From NCBI GenBank assembly GCA_030141605.1, contig JAQGDQ010002073.1:1-15906 (forward strand): DNA of 15,906 nt. The letters are read 5' to 3'. The first letter of the stretch is position 1. Each line of letters begins with the position of its first letter. Below the pieces are notes generated by a model. That model was not told the DNA's origin. It did no database searches and saw only the letters and a list, made by a program, of their open reading frames with translations. Position numbers and translations under genes: made by a program. Below, in pieces: positions 11,843 through 15,906 of the stretch. Source of the DNA: Tubiluchus corallicola (Eukaryota > Animalia > Priapulida).

Positions 11843-12060
11843 TTAGTTTAGTTTAGTTTAGTTTAGTTTAGTTTAGTTTAGTTTAGTTTAGTTTAGTTTA
11901 GTTTAGTTTAGTTTAGTTTAGTTTAGCTTAGCTTAGCTTAGCTTAGCTTAGCTTAGCTTAGCTTAGCTTAGCTTAGCTTAGCTTAGCTTAGCTTAGCTTA
12001 GCTTAGCTTAGCTTAGCTTGGCTTGGCTTAGCTTTGTTTAGTTTAGTTTAGTTTAGTTTA
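11843..12060. repeat. (GTTTA)n-(GCTTA)n-(GTTTA)n pentanucleotide array, probably the expanded tail of the adjacent CR1-like element
   Basis: Directly visible; on the minus strand it begins 10 bp after the AATAAA of the CR1-like remnant. Confidence 0.95.
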
Positions 12061-12365
12061 ACACCTAATCTTTATTACATTTACAAATATTTACAAGAAA
12101 GCATAAAATATGTAGGTATAATTAAACGTATATACAGCACAGATATAAATTTTACATATAAAAATGGCTAGTTAAAAGATTACGCTTAAAAACCTCCGAC
12201 AGACTCAGCGAACTGATTCCAGGTTTTAATCATTCTGTTTGAGAAAAACAGTTAAGTCGGTAGTGATTGGGTTGTAACTTCAAGTGCTGACCCCTGGTTA
12301 CATTAGATAAAGTTTGTGTTTAAAAACTTTCGAAAATGATCTAATTACTTTCTTCGTTTTTCACA
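12061..12365 (-). mobile_element. Degenerate CR1-like LINE 3' remnant in SGPL1 intron 1
   Basis: The minus strand, with frameshifts and a stop, reads EKRRK*LD...VTRGQHLKLQPNHYRLNC / FFSNRMIKTWNQFAESV / EVFKRNL. This matches the CR1-clade ORF2 C-terminal pattern TRGHxxKL...RxFFSxRxxxxWNxLP...FKxxL. It is followed by AATAAA (minus 12076-12071) and a (TAAAC)n tail. Confidence 0.75.
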
Positions 12366-12506
12366 TTTCTAGATCTACAAACGAAAATTTCAAACCAAAA
12401 AATTTGTGAAAACTTCGTCCAGCCGCTGACCTCATAATGATTCTGTTTTGTGTATTTCTTTGAAACTGAGAACGCAGTATTTCACAGTTTGTAACAAAAT
12501 GTTTAA

Positions 12507-13065
12507 AGGAAAGGTCAACCCTTCTGGAAAGTTAGGCATATTTCAATATTCCCGAAAAATGTTAGAAGGATTTAGTAATAAAACCGCAATAAGCGTCTTG
12601 TGTAGTTAGTAAAATCACTTTAAAGTCGCGATCACTTCATGCTTGGATGCTCCCATTTTCTCATTCTCCTAATGACGTCATTCGTCTTCAAGAAAAGGAG
12701 CGCGCCGTCAATCTTCATCAAAAGTATACTAAGTTTTTGCAAAAAAATTATATGACTAATTTTGTAATATTTTTACGTGAACATTAAGTAAGCTGCAGAA
12801 GTTTGAATTAGTTTAAGCAGTTCGTGCTTACGGAATCTCACGATGCGGTTACGAAAAGTCACGAAGTCTCCCAGTTACGTCATGATTTTCAAGTGAATGG
12901 CGGCAACCACTGCGCCCGAAAATTTCTATTCGGAGGCAGTATATATTAAATTTGTGCAAGCAATTTTATATTTTAAATTACAGGCAATTTCTTACAAATT
13001 TCTTTGTTAAATTTACCCAACTTTAATATAATAAACCCTACAATCTGAGTGATTTGTTCCTTCCT
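12507..13065. mobile_element. Non-autonomous DNA transposon, Kolobok/T2-like, in SGPL1 intron 1
   Basis: Starts TTAA|AGGAAAGGTCAA (TTAA 12503-12506) and ends TTGTTCCTTCCT|TCAA (degenerate TTAA 13066-13069). 12761-13065 is an inverted homologue of 7042-7325, including an exact 33-bp match (7265-7297 vs 12789-12821). Confidence 0.6.
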
Positions 13066-13139
13066 TCAAACAATTGTGCAGTAACATTTTTTCGCGCTTC
13101 TCCTAAAGTTTTATGGATGAGGAATTGCGTGCCGTTTTT

Positions 13140-13526
13140 TTAAATAGCTACTAAAATGAGTTTTAAATTTAGTAATTTGTTGTGAAATTATTATCGTGAA
13201 AAATGTCATTATTTCACCAAAAATACATGATTAATCTTACTGACATGTAAAGTAATTAAATTTTAAACGTTTGCTCAGTTAGTAAAGAGTGCGCTACGAA
13301 TGCCCTGATTTTTTTTCCAAACTTTACTCAGTGTTATTTAAACTTGTTTCAAATGACTTGTCGTCCAAATATCTGTGCCTAACGGTCATAGCGGGAGTTT
13401 AAATTTACAAGTTTTGTACAGCGTTACTGGTATTACAAGCTCTGAGCGCAATAAGACAACGGCGTAGGTGATTCAAATTTCGAGGCAATTTTTTTAGTTT
13501 ATGTAAATAAAGCGTGTTCTTCTTCT
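13140..13526. mobile_element. Second repeat fragment related to the right half of the 7042-7742 element
   Basis: 13200-13480 is an inverted homologue of about 7337-7636 (exact 22-bp anchor 7462-7483 vs 13332-13353). It ends in TIR-like TGTTCTTCTTCT followed by TTAA (13527-13530). The left boundary is uncertain. Confidence 0.5.
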
Positions 13527-13698
13527 TTAATTAGACCTTTATTTAGGTTCTTGAATAATTAATACCGACAGGAAAAGGCTCAAAGTATTTAAAATAATTT
13601 TCAAATTTTTGAAGATAAATTTTAAGTTGTTGTTGCTTTTTTTGTTTTTTGTTTGTGGAAATTATTAAGATTTGTTGAAAATAATTCTTTCTCTCTAG

Positions 13699-13843
13699 GA
13701 CTTGACCTATGGGTACTTGGACGTGGTCAGGCTCCAAGTAAACGTGCATTTCCGTGGACTCGAACCATGGCAGATCGTAGCTTATTCAGCCGCCATGACA
13801 CTTTTAACAGTGTGGCTGTACGACTTTCTAAGCAAAGATGAAA
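13699..13843 (+). CDS. SGPL1: Sphingosine-1-phosphate lyase, second coding exon (luminal N-terminus and transmembrane anchor); gene continues beyond the right edge
   Basis: Acceptor TTCTTTCTCTCTAG (AG 13697-13698), a 145-nt exon encoding DLTYGYLDVVRLQVNVHFRGLEPWQIVAYSAAMTLLTVWLYDFLSKDE(S), and donor A|GTAAGA at 13844. Matches recalled human SGPL1 [36 protein letters not shown], including a phase-1 intron in the Ser codon. Confidence 0.9.
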
Positions 13844-13876
13844 GTAAGAAATTTTCGTTAATAAAACTGCAGCATT

Positions 13877-14632
<756 letters not shown>

Positions 14633-14699
14633 TGTATTTATTTATAAAGTGCTCTTTCAATGGAAATTTTTTCACAGGCAAATTTTAAATTAAGTTTGA

Positions 14700-15280
14700 A
14701 ATTCAAATTTCAAGTTTGCCGCTATGCTCAGGCATGAGCTCACTGTCGTGCGCACTACGCCACAACTGAACACCTCTGAACTGAGAGGTATGGCACCCGT
14801 TAATGTGCAACTGCAACGCGTTTAAGAGATACAGGTTTAGTAGTCATCTAACTAGCGAACGGCGAAATGCATGTAACAACAAAGAACTAACTACGCCAGT
14901 GCGAAATTACCATTCTGAGGTAGCAATTCTTGAAAAAAAGAATTTTCCCTTTCAATATTTTTAGGGTAGATTGCTTTGTGTTGCAGTTTAAGAGGAGTAC
15001 GGATCTCGTTTAAAGCAAAACCGGAGCCAATCTTAGACTATAGGTCAAAAAAATCAACTGTTTAAAATATTGAAAGGAAACATGTCATTTTTTTCAAAAA
15101 TGACTTACGCGAAAAAATGCACTGTTACGTGCATTTCACCATTCGCTGATTAGACGGGCACTAGCGCGTGCATTTCGGAATTGAACAAAAAACAAATTCT
15201 GTACCTCTCAGTTAAGATGTGTTAGTTTTTGAGGTTCGACGGCTCATGCGTGGCACAGCGGTAAATTTGAAATTTGAATT
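14700..15280. mobile_element. Diverged palindromic foldback/MITE-like element in SGPL1 intron 2
   Basis: Nested inverted matches: 14700-14713/15267-15280, 14779-14790/15202-15213, about 14846-14878/15125-15156 and 14948-14961/15064-15077. They converge on a central TTTAAA at 15009-15014. The outer ends and target site are not resolved. Confidence 0.65.
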
Positions 15281-15906
15281 TTTATCTAAAAACTTTCCTA
15301 GTTTTAGTACAGCACACTGAATATCTTACAGTAGTACTGTACTTCAATTTTCGCTTTCGCAAACACGTGCAACACACTCGTGGAATATTTTTGCTGTTGA
15401 AAACGCTCGCCCGTCGTTAATTAAGTTTTTGATCTATTATGTAATTATCTGAAACACTTTTGCAGTAGTAATTGTGTTAAAATCTATACTTTTCATCGGA
15501 CTTGAAAATGGGGCAGTGTATGAAAAATCATCGTGTCTTCCTTTAAGATGCTATAACAAAACAAAGTATTGTAATCAAATGCTATTGATAGTATATCACA
15601 AAAAAACTAGGCTTACAGCGAAATCTAGGCCTATTTATATTCTCGAATCAAAGGCCGCCTGTCTCAAGGCTGCTTTGACAGGCGGCCTTGGTCTGTCAAA
15701 TTGACGGAGGCCTATCAACATTGACCTAGCTTCGCACAGACAGGGCTGCCCGAAAAAACTCTTTCCTCGGTAGACTCTGATAGAAAGTATCTAGCTGTAA
15801 CACAATGTAAAAAAACTATTAAATAGCTAAATTAGACTTAATTAAAGCACAAGAAAACCCTCCACTAACATGAAACTTAAAAAATTCGTCTTGAAATTTT
15901 ATACCA

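Noticed and set aside
11843-12060. TTAGT/TTAGC array as interstitial telomeric repeat
   Set aside because: It is not TTAGG, TTAGGG or TTAGGC, and is better explained as the tail of the adjacent CR1-like element.

Overview
AT-rich, intron-containing animal (probably invertebrate bilaterian) genomic DNA, not a prokaryotic window. It holds the 5' ends of two divergently transcribed genes about 7.8 kb apart. On the minus strand is the first coding exon of a secreted neuregulin/vein-type EGFR ligand (3649-3220: signal peptide plus the N-terminal domain of NRG2 and NRG1 type II, ending at a GTGAGT donor). On the plus strand are the first two coding exons of sphingosine-1-phosphate lyase SGPL1 (11449-11472, 13699-13843). 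The rest is intron and intergenic DNA: roughly a fifth is large compound microsatellites (the source of most long ORF-track entries), plus RTE-like and CR1-like LINE 3' remnants, TTAA-flanked Kolobok/T2-like non-autonomous elements, a roughly 600-bp diverged foldback palindrome, a perfect 108-bp AT-rich palindrome and several minisatellites. I see no support for a new multi-gene biological system, CRISPR array or structural RNA gene. Protein similarities are recalled from memory of the human proteins, not from a database search.
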